Source: Vitrella brassicaformis CCMP3155 (taxonomy: Eukaryota > Protista > Chromerida). From it: DNA of 64,000 nt. The stretch spans positions 1 to 64,000 of the forward strand of contig CDMY01000495.1 in assembly GCA_001179505.1 (NCBI GenBank), read 5' to 3'. Numbering within the stretch: position 1 is the stretch's first letter; each line of letters opens with the position of its first letter. This document shows, one piece after another, positions 36,971 through 49,242 of this stretch. Under the pieces are notes generated by a model. The model was not told the DNA's origin and made no database searches. It saw only the letters and a program-made list of their open reading frames with translations. The position numbers and the translations under genes were made by a program.

Positions 36971-39900
36971 TCACACGAGCAGCCGCCTCCGTGAGTGTGT
37001 CTCGCTCTTGCTGTGCGACGACTGCCTCACCAGCCGCCCCCCCTTGACAGTGTACCCCGCGGGCATCGAGGGAAACTTCGACAGACCCTCAGGGCCGTAC
37101 ACCCTCACCTCAAAGATGCGCGCCTGGTCGATGCCGTTGGCAGACCGCACGAAGATCCGCACCGCCTTGACGCCCTCCCCGGATGTGTCGGCCTGCCGCA
37201 CTTCTGCGGCCACGTTGTGCGACCTCTTGCGCAGGTAGTTGCCTTCGATCTGGGCGACCGTCCGCCACATGTCGGGGCTGTCGCTGGCGAGCTGCACCTG
37301 GATGTCGTAGTTCTGGACTGTCTCGGGCTGTGGGCGGCCCCACACCTTTTGGCAATGGCAAATACACACACAAGCGTTGCTTTGCTTTGATGGGAGGGAG
37401 GGAGGGGTCAGCTTGCTGCGTCTTGTCGTGTGTGTCAGTTACCATGCGGTTCATGTCGCTGAGTTTCTGCGACATCATCAGAGTGCGGTGCATGCCCGTG
37501 TCAAAGACCAGCTCAACCTGCACACACACAAACAAAAGACGACAGAGTAGTATTTATTACACATGTGTGTCATGTCACCCGACTGCCCCTTTATTCACCA
37601 TACCAGAGTGAGGTCCTTGATGGGTGTTGTCCACTTGAGTGCGATCCAGGCGGGCAGCTCAGCACTGACCCACCGGTTGATGTTGTCGATTCGCTGAGAA
37701 GCGTGCACACCGCCGTCGCCAAACACGGCGCGCGTCTGACCTGTCAACACCTGCACCACCACCACACCGCACCACCACACGATACATGTACCGTAGCGCT
37801 GTGATGTGTAGGCCCATGATGGGCGTGGCACAGACCTGCACGGCGCTTCCGTTGTAGGTGCCGTTGCTCCACTCGGACGAGGCGGTGACCTCACTGGCCT
37901 TCAGGGCATAGTCCCGCGGGTCTTCATTGTACATGCCGATGATGTACTGGTCGTCACGCAACAGCTGCTGCTGGATGCTCCACACAGCAGCTGCAACCAA
38001 CATCACAGCACGCACACACACACGGGGGTCACCCGCCCCTCTCTCCCCTTCTTGTCGAATTGTTACCAGGGTTTCTGGTGATGTCCTTGGGGTCGATGCC
38101 GTTGATGGCGCAGTAGGCCGCAGCGGTGCCTGCCGCCTGGCCGATCGCCGCGCAGGTCTTCATGACTCTCTGGCTGCCGAATACCACGTGGGAGAACGAC
38201 GCCAAACGGCCCGCCAGCATCAGGTTAGTCGCGTTCAGGGCCACAAGAGATCGGAGAGGGGTGCTGCAAACCAAACCAAACCACACCCAATACACCCAAA
38301 TGATGGGTGCCCATCGTTCTTTGCAGACATCGCTCTGACCGAGACAGACGCACCTGTACATCCATGGCAGGTAGTAGGATGCGTACGCAGCCGAGTGCGT
38401 GTCGAGGATGCCCTTGATGGAGTGCAGGTCGAGGTTCCACCCCCCGTGGCTGACACGGTCCCAGTAGAGCGTGGGCGCTGGCACACTCGACGGCTCCGCC
38501 AACGGGTCGGGCAGAATGTCGTTCTGCGTCATGATATACTGACCACGGAATCGCCGACCTGCACAGATAGATACCACACACACACAGAGGGGACCAATCC
38601 AACCGCGTCGGCATCAAGGCGACGTCCGTGTGAGGAGGGTCGGTCTTTCTCACCTTCTCGCTTGCAGGGCCACCACTCGAGCCAATCGAGGCCGAGGTTC
38701 TCCGCCTCCGGGAACTTGCCGCTGTTCTTAATGTAGTCCCATGTGCCCAGGACGCTCTCCATCAGCCGGTCGCGGACCATCTCGTTGTCGCGTATCATGT
38801 TATACGGCCACGCGACCTCTATGAACCAGTAGCCGTAGTCAATGTTGTTCGAGCGGATGGGCCGGAACTCCCAGTCGCTGTCGTTGTACTTGGTCGCCCA
38901 CCTTGGCGGTGTGAACTTCATCGGCCGGCCGTAGTTCTTGCTCGTGAAGGCTAGGGAGCTGCCCATGGTCTCGTTGTCGTCGTGCAGGTCGGCCAGGGAC
39001 TCGTTGAAAGTGTCCTTGCCCTCCCGGCCAATTATGTAAGGGACGTCCGCCTCGGCGCCCAGTCGACCGTCCCCCGTCGCGTCGATGAACACCTTGGCCG
39101 TCACGATGTACTGCAGCTGCGCCTCCTGGTTCTCCGCCAGCACCTCAGTGACCGTCCAGTCCTTCCCGTCCTCTGACGGCACCTTGGTGGCGCCGATGAC
39201 CCACGTGTTGAGGAGCAGCGTGCAGTTGTCCCGCTCGCGGAAGAAGTCGTAGAGAGTGAGGTCGTGGAGCGAGGCGGCGCGCTGCGGATTGTCGACGGAG
39301 TTCTGCAAAGTGTACTCCTCAATGATGCCGCCCTCACGGGCTTCCGACTCCCACTCGACGCCCCGGTGGCCCTCGCGGTCGGCGCCCACGGGATGCAGCT
39401 TCGACTCAGAAGACATGTTGCCACCCAACACACCTCTGTCAGAAAGAGAGGAAGTCAAAGCAACCGGTGTGTCAATCGTGTCGGTTAATTGTCTCTCCCC
39501 TCTGGGTGTGGTATGCGTACCTTCCTTGGATGATGACGGTCTTGGCTCCGCTGCGCGCGGCAGCGAGGGCAGCGGCACTGCCTGCCGAGCCGCCGCCAGC
39601 CACCACCACATCGGCCTCCAAGCGACGCGTCAGCACACCCTTGCCGACCGGATCATCTGCAGCAGGCATTTGATACACAGACACAGACACATCGAGGATG
39701 GGCCGATGCCGTGCTGCCCTGCCCTGCCGTGTGTACCTTCTGTGTTCCTGGGGCTTTCCCCCGGCTGTAGTGCCTTGGTCAGAATGGTGGCGTCGGGCCT
39801 CATGAACGGGTCATTCCCCGCGTCCCATTGCTCGACGCCGTCCCATTGCTGGTCATCCTCCTTGACCTCCTCCTGTTAGTTACAGCAAATCAATCAAAGC

Positions 39901-40515
39901 AGCACCACACCGTACCCATTAGTTTAGTCCCTCTGCCGCGCTTGTCCAGCCCCCCCCCCCCCCCCCCNNNNNNNNNNNNNNNNNNNNNNNNNNNNNNNNN
40001 NNNNNNNNNNNNNNNNNNNNNNNNNNNNNNNNNNNNNNNNNNNNNNNNNNNNNNNNNNNNNNNNNNNNNNNNNNNNNNNNNNNNNNNNNNNNNNNNNNNN
40101 NNNNNNNNNNNNNNNNNNNNNNNNNNNNNNNNNNNNNNNNNNNNNNNNNNNNNNNNNNNNNNNNNNNNNNNNNNNNNNNNNNNNNNNNNNNNNNNNNNNN
40201 NNNNNNNNNNNNNNNNNNNNNNNNNNNNNNNNNNNNNNNNNNNNNNNNNNNNNNNNNNNNNNNNNNNCCCCCCCCCCTGGCATGTCTTACCTCGATTGTG
40301 TTCCCATTCTTGTCGATGGTGGGAGTGTCGACGTCCAGTGCCCCGATGTTGGGCTCCTCGTGGTCCTGTCGCGCCGGGTCAAAGTGGGGGTGCCGGCCGT
40401 GTATCGCCTTGTGCAGCAAGGGCTCGGTCTCGGCATCACGCCCACCCACTCGCACCACCATAAACGGCCCGCTCAACAGCAACAGAAGGGGGAGCACACC
40501 CGGCCGCATCGCCAT
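36971..40515 (-). CDS. Secreted bacterial-type FAD-dependent oxidoreductase (PF12831-like) with a C-terminal beta-sandwich/galactose-binding-like domain
   Basis: Signal peptide MAMRPGVLPLLLLLSG; ADVVVAGGGSAGSAAALAAARSG, LGGNMSSE, FIDATGDG, GRRFRGQYIMTQND, NLMLAGR, SQRVMKTCAAIGQAAGTAAA; C-terminal ARIFEVRVY. Confidence 0.88.
39968..40267. other. Assembly gap (300 N) flanked by poly-C on both sides
   Basis: N run with C homopolymers on both sides. Confidence 0.99.
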
Positions 40516-40901
40516 TATCTCCGCCACTCACTTTTCACTCAAGCAATCACAGCACTGGGGATGGGATCAGACGGCAGGGGCGGGCAGCAGCGGCAGGGCC
40601 GATAGAAAATTCCTTCCACAAGGATACGATGACGAAGGGCAGGCAGCCACAGAACAAGGCAAGCACACAGCCAGACGCACAGAATACAAATGCCAAGGGG
40701 GGAGGGAGGGACTCTGCCCGCTGCAACAATCTGGCGTGTACACACCTGTGTGGCCTTGTTCTATCGCGTCAACGGTCAACGGCGGCTTTATTTAGCTCGC
40801 AAGTCGGCGGCGGGTCTCGGAGACTGCTCACGGCGGCGTCTGGAGTGGCATTCACGTTGATTGAGTGGTCGCCATGGTCAATTTCACCTTCAGTAGGTGT
40901 G

Positions 40902-42234
40902 ATGGGTAGCGACGAGGGTGTATCCGGTCACCCCATCCCTGTCTGCCTGTGACCTGTCTGTCGTATGTGACGACATATCAGGTGTTGGTCCGTCGCCCAA
41001 CGCCCGTGCGGGGTGTCGTGGGTGCAAGCAGAAGATCGCAAAGGGCGTGCTGCGGTTCATGGCCAAGCAGGAGATCGACGAGGACAAGATGGCTGACATA
41101 GAGATGATGGACCCCCGCCAGAAGTACGCCATCATCGGACCCAAGTACTACTGCCTCAAAGCCGACTGCATGCGCGAGTGGCGCAAGAGCGAGAAGTGGT
41201 GGAAGTCCAACCTCAGCGACACCAGCCCCCTCCTCGGCGTGGAGGACCTCGACGCCGACCAGGTGGCCCAGGTCAAGAAGGTGCTGCGGGTGCTGTGTGG
41301 GGAGGAGGACGAGGGCGATGAGGATGACAGTGACGAGGATGACAGTGAGGAGGATGACGACTCGGAGGAAGACGACAGACCCAAGAAGAAGTGAGCATCG
41401 TCCTTGTGTGGTGGTGGCAGACAGAGGGAGAGGGAGGGGGAGGGCGGTGTGATGGTTGGTTGGTTGGGTGGTTGGGTGGTTGGGTGGTTGGGTGGTTGGG
41501 TGGTTGGGTGGTTGGGTGGTGGTGTATGCGTGTGTCTGTGCGTGTGGTGTGGTTTGGTGTGGTTTGGTGTGTGTGCGTCATACTTACTGCAGGAAGGCCG
41601 CCAAGAGCAAGGCCAAGAGCAAGGCCAAGGCCAAAGCCAAAGCCAAGCGCAAGGCGGACGACGACAGCGACGAGGACAGTGATGGTCAGTCACACGCGCA
41701 CACGGCTCTCCATCCATCCATCCATGTATGTGCGTGTTGTGTGGGTGCGTGTGGGCACTGCAGACGATGAGGACTACGGGGGCGGCAAGAAGCGCAAGGC
41801 GAAGGCCAAGGCGAAGCAGAAGAAGAAGAAGAAGGCCAAGCAGACGGCCGGCGTGTTCCACTTCAACTCCAGCGTCGTCTCCCAGGCCGACGGGGACAAG
41901 ATCAACCAACTCTACGAGGACCTCATGGTCCTTACCATAGGACAACTCAAGGTGAGTGAGTCGGTCTGGGTGGGCCTGTCGCCTCCCCACTCCCACTCCC
42001 CCACAAACACGCGACACATACACTGTGTGTGTGTGTGTGTGTGTTGTGTAGCCCGAGCTCAAGAAGAACCAGCAGAAGATCTCTGGCAACAAGAACGAGC
42101 TGGTCCAGCGCGTGGCGCAGGGCCGTGTGCTGGGCAGGACCCCCAAGTGCGCCGTGTGCGGCGCCGGCAACCTCGACTTCGACCCCATGACAGGCAACTA
42201 CAGATGCAAGGGCTTCTACGTAACCAGCCACACA

Positions 42235-42273
<39 letters not shown>

Positions 42274-42425
42274 GATTCTTCTCTGTGTTGTGTGTTGTGT
42301 GTCAGGATGAGGACCACTACCAGCACTGCGGGTTCAAGGGTGTGGTGAAGCGGCTCAAGTGGGTGCTGCCTGGCGACGACTCGGACGACGACTCGGACGA
42401 CGATGGCGACAAGGACTCCGACTGA
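40902..42425 (+). CDS. PARP1-like zinc-finger protein (zf-PARP-like plus PADR1/Zn3), no catalytic domain
   Basis: PSPNARAGCRGCKQKIAKGVLRF (zf-PARP start); ELKKNQQKISGNKNELVQRVAQGRVLGRTPKCAVCGAGNLDFD..YRCKGFY|DEDHYQHC (PADR1); stop at 42425. Confidence 0.85.
41464..41519 (+). repeat. Intronic (TTGGGTGG)7 minisatellite, potential G-quadruplex
   Basis: Seven perfect 8-mer units. Confidence 0.9.
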
Positions 42426-44477
42426 CTGACTCTGTCACACCCACACGCCACACACGCCACACACGCCACACCCGCACCGCATGCTCGTATATCTTTAGCA
42501 TACGCCTCACATGACATGTCACATACGAAGGGAGAGAGGGAGCGGGGCAGCGGGGCGGGAGATGGGGTCGATACGTATCTGCGGTGGATGCGTGGTGGTT
42601 GTGTTGTTCGCCTCCCTCACGTTTTGCCTTCTGTCTCTGTGCAGATCACTGCCTGCCTGCCTGCCTGCCTGTACATCGCGACTGCAAATCGCCTGTGTGG
42701 GGGCGGACCGACTCCCCCACGCCCAGTCGGTCACTGTAAAGTTTCTCACTCGCTGCCTCTCTCTCTCTCTCCTTTCCCCCCTCCCTTGCCCACCCACATA
42801 GCCGCCCCCGCCCGCCCTTTGCTGACGAGCTGGTTTGACTGATGTGGGTGGCGAGGGAATGCATCCTGACACAACACACACCATGCAAGAGAGACCAGGG
42901 GCAATTTAGCCGCAGTGTGCCCACACATCCCATCCACCATCCATCCATCCGGTATGATACCACCTGTATGGCTGCATGCGTGGCGTGGTGTGTGTGTTTG
43001 TGTGTGTGTGTGTGTGTGCAGTCTACCTCTTCTCGCTCTCTGCCGGCCGGCCTGGCTGCGTGAGTGCATGTCATGTGTGTCGTGTCAGTTCAGTGACTTC
43101 CTGGATGGTCGGATGGGGGGATGGATGTGCTGTTTATACAGACAGACAACAATGACTTGACAACATTGCTGACGGGGGATGGATGGATGGACGGATTGAC
43201 TGACTCGGTTGGCTGGCGTGCCGACGGGCCGGCCGGCCAGCCGTTGGTGCGTGCGCCACACCACATGAGTGTCACATGACCCAATCGCCCATGTGACACG
43301 AATGCTGCGTGAGGTGCACCAACGGAGGACGGTCGGCACACCAACCAGCCCGTGTGGCCCTATTCGACATTGACTGGTGGGGTGGACTGTCATGTAAATG
43401 ACACTACTTCTTACGTGTGCGTGGTCGGTGAAGGTAAAGGTAGGACATTCCGTCATGTCATGGGGCGTGCCGTCGCCACTGACTGATGGGGGAGGAATAT
43501 ATGGCGAGGATTGCAAGAGCTCTTTTTGGTCATTCATTCATTGGGTAGCTATGCTGCGCGACTGACTGATTACCAGGTGCGGTGCATGTGTGTGTGCGTG
43601 TGTGCAGCTCTGTGTGTGTGCGTACTCGCTGTTTTTACTTCTGGCTTGTTCCACTAACTCCTCCATGCCATGCCATGCCTTGCTATGCCATGCCATGGTG
43701 ACTGACCCGGTGCGGTGCATCATATCGATGCCCACCCACATGCTCTCTCTGTGATTGCAATTTATAGAAACAAACAAGACACACACATGAATGACGGCAA
43801 AAGTCACTGACCGACGGACGGCCCACGTCTCTGTTTGCACACACACCCCCCCACGCCACGTCAGCTCAGCTCAGCCCCCATCAGCTCAACGGAAAAACAG
43901 CACCGAGCCAGGCCGACAGGTCGGCAGGCAGGCAGGTCTGAGAAGGAAAAACTGAATATATATGAGTACACAATAACAATAACCAACGCGGCCTTCCTTC
44001 TCCTCCCCTCGTCTGAGCGTGTACAAGAGCCAAGGCGTGTCCTGTCAGACACAGAAAAATGACACACAAACGGACCGGACGTGTACAGTGCGCCCATTGC
44101 AAACATACGTGCGATGTCATGGATGGATAATGCTCCGATTCACGAGAGCCCAAACCATCTGTGTCCATGGCATCCTGTCCTAGATGTGGTGGTGTAATGG
44201 GGGCCCTGCCCTTGTGAAGGGGCTGGGCTCCCATAACACCACACCACCCAGCTCAGCATGGCAGGGAACAGATGGGTTCTTTGTATCGAGGGCTGGTCCA
44301 TTCCGTGTGCAAACAAACAAACAACCATCCCTGTACAGCCAGCTAAGCTATACACACACACGACAATATATGTGTGGTCTGTCTGTCCCATGTAGGTAGG
44401 TAGGTAGGTATGTCTGTATGTCACGCAGGTCATTCATAATATTATGTCACGCATCCATCCCTCCCTTCCTCCACCCC

Positions 44478-45967
44478 TCACATGACAGCGCATTGCTGCT
44501 GCACTGGGCGGCTGCATCGGTGGCCGTTGAGGCCCCAGTGGCGCCCGCACCGATAGCAGAACGCCGTGCGGCAGTTGCTGCACACCTGAACGCACACCCA
44601 AGCACCCCAGAAAGACAGGTGCCTTCCCTGTGTCACATATTTGCCGGCTGACCATTCTGTCGCAGCCAAAGGACCGCACAATGCGCAGCGAGCAGGTCGG
44701 ACACGTCGCCGCACCAACGTCCCTGCCCACCTGCACACAAACCACACACACACACACACACCAATCAAACGAACCATCACGACACACACAGCAAAGCATT
44801 CGCCCCCACTGACTGACTCACCCGGTAGTAGTCCAATCTCGCTCTCTCAGCCTCAACAGCCCGGTAGGTCGACCGGTACGCCACACACGTCCGCCCGTCG
44901 TGTGTGGCCGAGCCAGCCCCGTCGGCCTCCCACTGCAGCCCACAGAGGATGCAGAAAGTCTGGCGGCAGGCATTGCACGTCACCCGCCGGGCGTCGGTGT
45001 GGCCGTCGCAGCCACGGGGAGGCCGCCAGAAGATGCGCCGGATGTTGATGAGAGAGGAGGGCTCGGCTCGCTGCTTTTGGTCGAGGGCGGCTCGGTCGGC
45101 GAGGAAGGTGTGGTTGCAGCCTGGCGATGGGCAGTGGATGGGCTCTTCGTCAAACTCGGTGCGGGAATGCCTCAGACCCATCGTTAGTGACCTGTGGGTG
45201 GACAGGATGGGGTGGACACAGCGGTGAAAGGGATGAGTGAGTGTTGCTTGTTGGTTTCATGTGTGTGGTGTGTGCGCTGACTGACCACTGTAGGTATCTG
45301 CGCCATAGGTCTGGTCGCCAGTAGCACGCGTCTCTGATGATGGCCTGGGGCAGCTCATCCCGGCAGTAGAGGCACTGCAGCTCCCTCTTGCTCTCATCGA
45401 AACACGATGCCATCTGACGCCTGCACACACACATCCCACTCGCTCCTTTCCTGCGTGCCTGCCTGCCTGCCTGGCTGCCTATCTGTCTGTTTTGTGTTAG
45501 GTACCTAACCGACCTGATGCATTTGAGGCATGCTGATGCTCCGCAGGGCAGGCGCACGATGAAGGTCTTCCGCCTCACGTACATGCAGATGACGCATTCG
45601 GTCACCAGATCTGGCGACGCACGACACACCAGCGTGCAGATGCCCTCGTTCACATCCCCCGTCGGCAGCAGCGTCGTGCGCACCGCATGGAACGCCTCTG
45701 AAACGAAACACGCACACAGACAGACAGACAGACACCACAGAGCATCTGATGCTGTTAACTGCTGTGATGTTGCGGGCTGGCCGTGTGAGTGTTGTGTGTC
45801 CGCTCACGTGTGAGCCTCCTCATGGTGGCTCGGCGGTTGTGCCAGACGTGTGGTATGTGTGCAGCAAGGACGGTGTAGAGAAGTGGCACGACACAGGCAA
45901 TTGAAACGGAAAAGAGAAGTATCGCCAAACCAACTGCAGGGTCTCCGTCGTTGCTCTTGACGCTCAT
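44478..45967 (-). CDS. RBR (RING1-IBR-RING2) E3 ligase with an N-terminal hydrophobic anchor
   Basis: CVIC..LPCGASACLKC..LQCLYC (RING1); HCPSPGC..VTCNACRQTFCILC..H..C (IBR); CPTC..SFGCDRMV|CSNCRTAFCYRC..H.C (RING2); N-terminal GLAILLFSVSIACVVPLLYTVLAA. Confidence 0.85.
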
Positions 45968-46154
45968 CAGCTCAGTGAGGGATGCCGCTTTGGTCCACAG
46001 CCCGGCGGCGTGATTCACAGCCTCCGTCCTTCAGCATCCTTCAGCCGATGATCGTCACGGAGGTCGAACTCACCGAAACGCGTAATGCGGAAGGAAGAGG
46101 GAGGGCAAGTTCTCCGTCCGTTTTGTCTAAGCTCGCACTTCGCGGAGAGCCCCG

Positions 46155-48724
46155 ATGAGTGAGGATTTCAGCGCGAGGAGCGACCTGCCAGCGCTTCCGA
46201 GTCACTTGGCTGTTCTCCTGAGAGATTCCATTCAGCAATTGCTCAAGCAAGGCGAGAGCCTTATAGGCGAGTGGGAGAGGTGGCGGGAGCTCGTTGAGCA
46301 TGGGGGCGGTCATGACGAGAGATATCGCAGCATGGAGGGCTTCGTCAAGACCGAAAAGGTGAGGTGAGAGAGAAAGCGCCGCTTATTCTTCCGTTGACGC
46401 CATTGATTTCACACTGGTTGGCGGGGCCATGGGTGGCATGGTTTCTCTGTCGTGCTTGCAGCTTCTGGACCACATTCATCACCGGCTCCTGCGGCTCCAA
46501 TCGCAGTACCGGGACGTCCCATCAGATGCCCCAGGGCCTCCCCCCTCCCCCCGCTCATTCGACACTGCCATTCGGCAACTCGTCAATCGCATGGACAGGC
46601 TAGCAGCCAGCAGACGGCGTTGGGATCAACACACACAGACGCTTTACGAAACATGCCGCCCAACAGCGTCACCGGGCATTGCCATGCCGTCCCTGCTCCT
46701 CCACTTGCCATCCGGGACGGAAGGAAACGAGCTGGCCGCCTCTGAAGCGGCTGGTTCTTCTGTTGTGCCGGTGCGCAGGGTGCCGTCTGGTCAGATAGAG
46801 GGGGTGCTGGACGAGCTGAGGGCCACCATCCGGACGAGAGGCCAGGAGCTGGAGCGCATCAGGGCCGCCAGCCAGTCCAGGCCAAGACAGCCGTTCGCAG
46901 AGGTGCCGAAGGGGGTTGCCGCCCGGGCCGCGGCACCACGACCACGACAACCGGACGAGGGCAACGTCTTCCGCTTTGAGGGCAACTATCAGGGTTCGGA
47001 GGAGGACCTTCACTTACCGGCAAGAATGCAGATGCAGAGGGCCCCGTCTCCTCGCATCGCCGCTCCTGGGCCAAAAAAAGGAGGGAGACAAGAGCCCGTG
47101 TCTCCCACGAGAAGCCCACGGCAGAGGGCAGCAGGGGAGGAGACCAAAGCGCCTGTCGGCAAGAGGATATCAGGTCGCCGCAGGAGCACCATCAGCCCAG
47201 TGGTGGCCCGCATGAGGCTTGCAGAACAAAGGGAGGCGGAAGGGCGGCCTCTGTCACGTCAACAGGGGGCCAGGCGCCTGTCAGCAGATGCACCCAGGGG
47301 ATCGGCTACCCCAAGGCCTGCAGCAGAGCTCATTCCTGAATCGGCTCGTCCGGAAGGAGGCCCCCCGACGTTCAGGGACCAGCTGCGGTATCGGCGCATT
47401 CTGTCGCCTGAGCTGAACCTCACCCCTGGCCGAGAGTCGGCAGGTACTGGTGCTCCGGCCAGGGCTGCAGCTGCAGCTGGAGAGCCGCCAGAGGGGAGGA
47501 AGAAGACAGAGGCGCCGAAACAAAGGGATGAGAGAAGGGAGGCCGCCATATGTGCCAGCAAGGGAGTGCAGGCTGACCTGAAAGGGGAGAGGGAGCGGTC
47601 GCTGCGAGACATGGCTGCCGGCAACGGGAGGGTAAGAGCGGACAACGGCCACCGGCCCATTGAGGGCGGCGCTGATGGTGAAAGCGAGCAGGAGAAGCAG
47701 GCCAAGCTCAATGAGGACCTCACCATGTCCGTATGCTGACAAAGCACACACACATCGACTCGTTCGACCCATCAGTCAGGTGTGTCACTGTTTGTGCGCT
47801 GCCAGTATCCGTAACGATGTCACGGAGATCCAGCAGACCACAAGAGACGTGTTGGCCGTCATGAGCGGCCGAGAGGGGACAGGGGCGAGACACCGTCGGC
47901 CTGATGGTGAGGTTGCGAGAGGCCCGCCGTCTGAGACCAATGGGTGGGAGAGCAGCATGCGGGAGCTGAGGGAGGCCAATCGGAGGATCAAGGACAGAGT
48001 CGCTGACATGCTCCAGATGAAGGCAAACACACACACACACACACACAGGGCACACGTGCATGTATGTCTCGAATCCGTGGGTGTGCTTCTGTGTGATTGT
48101 CTGTATCATGTCTCTCAGGAGGACATTCTCGTGTCCTCAGCCCCCTCCATTGACCGCTCCGTCAGCCAGGAGATCCGCAGGGCGCCCTCCCCACCGCCAG
48201 TGATCATCACAGGCCCCCACATCCGCCTCCCCCGCCAGCCTCTCCCCTTCCAACGGGCCCCCTCACCTTTGGTCCTCTCCGCCACCCGTCCCCGACCCCC
48301 CAGCCCACCAAGCCCCCTCCGAGTGCGCCCCCCACGGCATTACTACCCACCTCTCGGGCCGCAGCTGAGCCCACCGACCACTTATCGGGCGGTTGTGACC
48401 CCTAGAGCACCATTTTGGGCGGCGAGGGTGCGAAGTGTCTCGGAGGAGGAAGTTCATCACATTCCGGAAAGGAGGCCGGTCAGCCCCTGCTGCGCGAGGC
48501 CGAGCCCGTGCCGTGCGCCAGAGGGAGAGGAGCCTGCATTGGCTGGTGACGGTGTTGGTTCTGGCGTGGTGCGGGCACTTCATCGCAGCCCTGGTATGCG
48601 CCAGCTGCCTGTGCATGACCGTTTGCTGCTGCTGGGTGGAGAGGGTAGTGAGAGGGTTGTGGAGGTGGGGCCGGCCAGCCGAGTGCAGGTCATCCCTGTG
48701 AGGCAATCGGTGGTGATGTTCTGA
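46155..48724 (+). CDS. Uncharacterised low-complexity (Pro/Arg-rich, coiled-coil) protein
   Basis: 70-, 436- and 354-aa ORFs separated by GT-AG introns; no recognisable domain. Confidence 0.55.
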
Positions 48725-49242
48725 TGCCTACCTACAGATCAGCTCGATGTGTGTCCTGTACATGTGGAGAGGAAGAGAGACCGGCGGACTGACTGCATGA
48801 TATGTTCCATCTCACATTTGGGCGTTCGTCACTGAGGCATTCTCGTTTGCTTCTGCCGCTGTTTTTCTTTCATCCTGTGCCTGTGTATGTGTGTGTGTGT
48901 ATGTGTATGTGTGTGTGTGTGTATTCGTTTGCTCGTTCCTTGCTTACTGCGTGTGCACGACATGACATGACATTACACCATATATGTAGATATCTAGGAC
49001 CTTTGTTCGCTTCCATGGCCCGAGACGGACGCGCGACTGCATGCCATGCCGGCGAAAATCCCCACCGGCCGGGGCACGGCATGATTGAATGAATCGTATC
49101 AGGTCACGTGTCTGGACATGATATGCGTAGACCATCTTTCACAACACAAACGTCGCCCATTTACGCACACACACGTGTCTCTCATCAAGGCAGACCCCCC
49201 CCCCCCACACACACACACCACGCAAATGAATCGATCACGCAT

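Noticed and set aside
41464-41519. G-rich repeat as an interstitial telomere or CRISPR-like array
   Set aside because: The unit is not a TTAGGG/TTTAGGG-type repeat, there are no spacers, and it lies within an intron
42426-44477. Possible downstream PARP catalytic exons or an ncRNA in the ~2-kb interval
   Set aside because: Only low-complexity repeats and no codon-biased frame or recognisable RNA structure were found by eye
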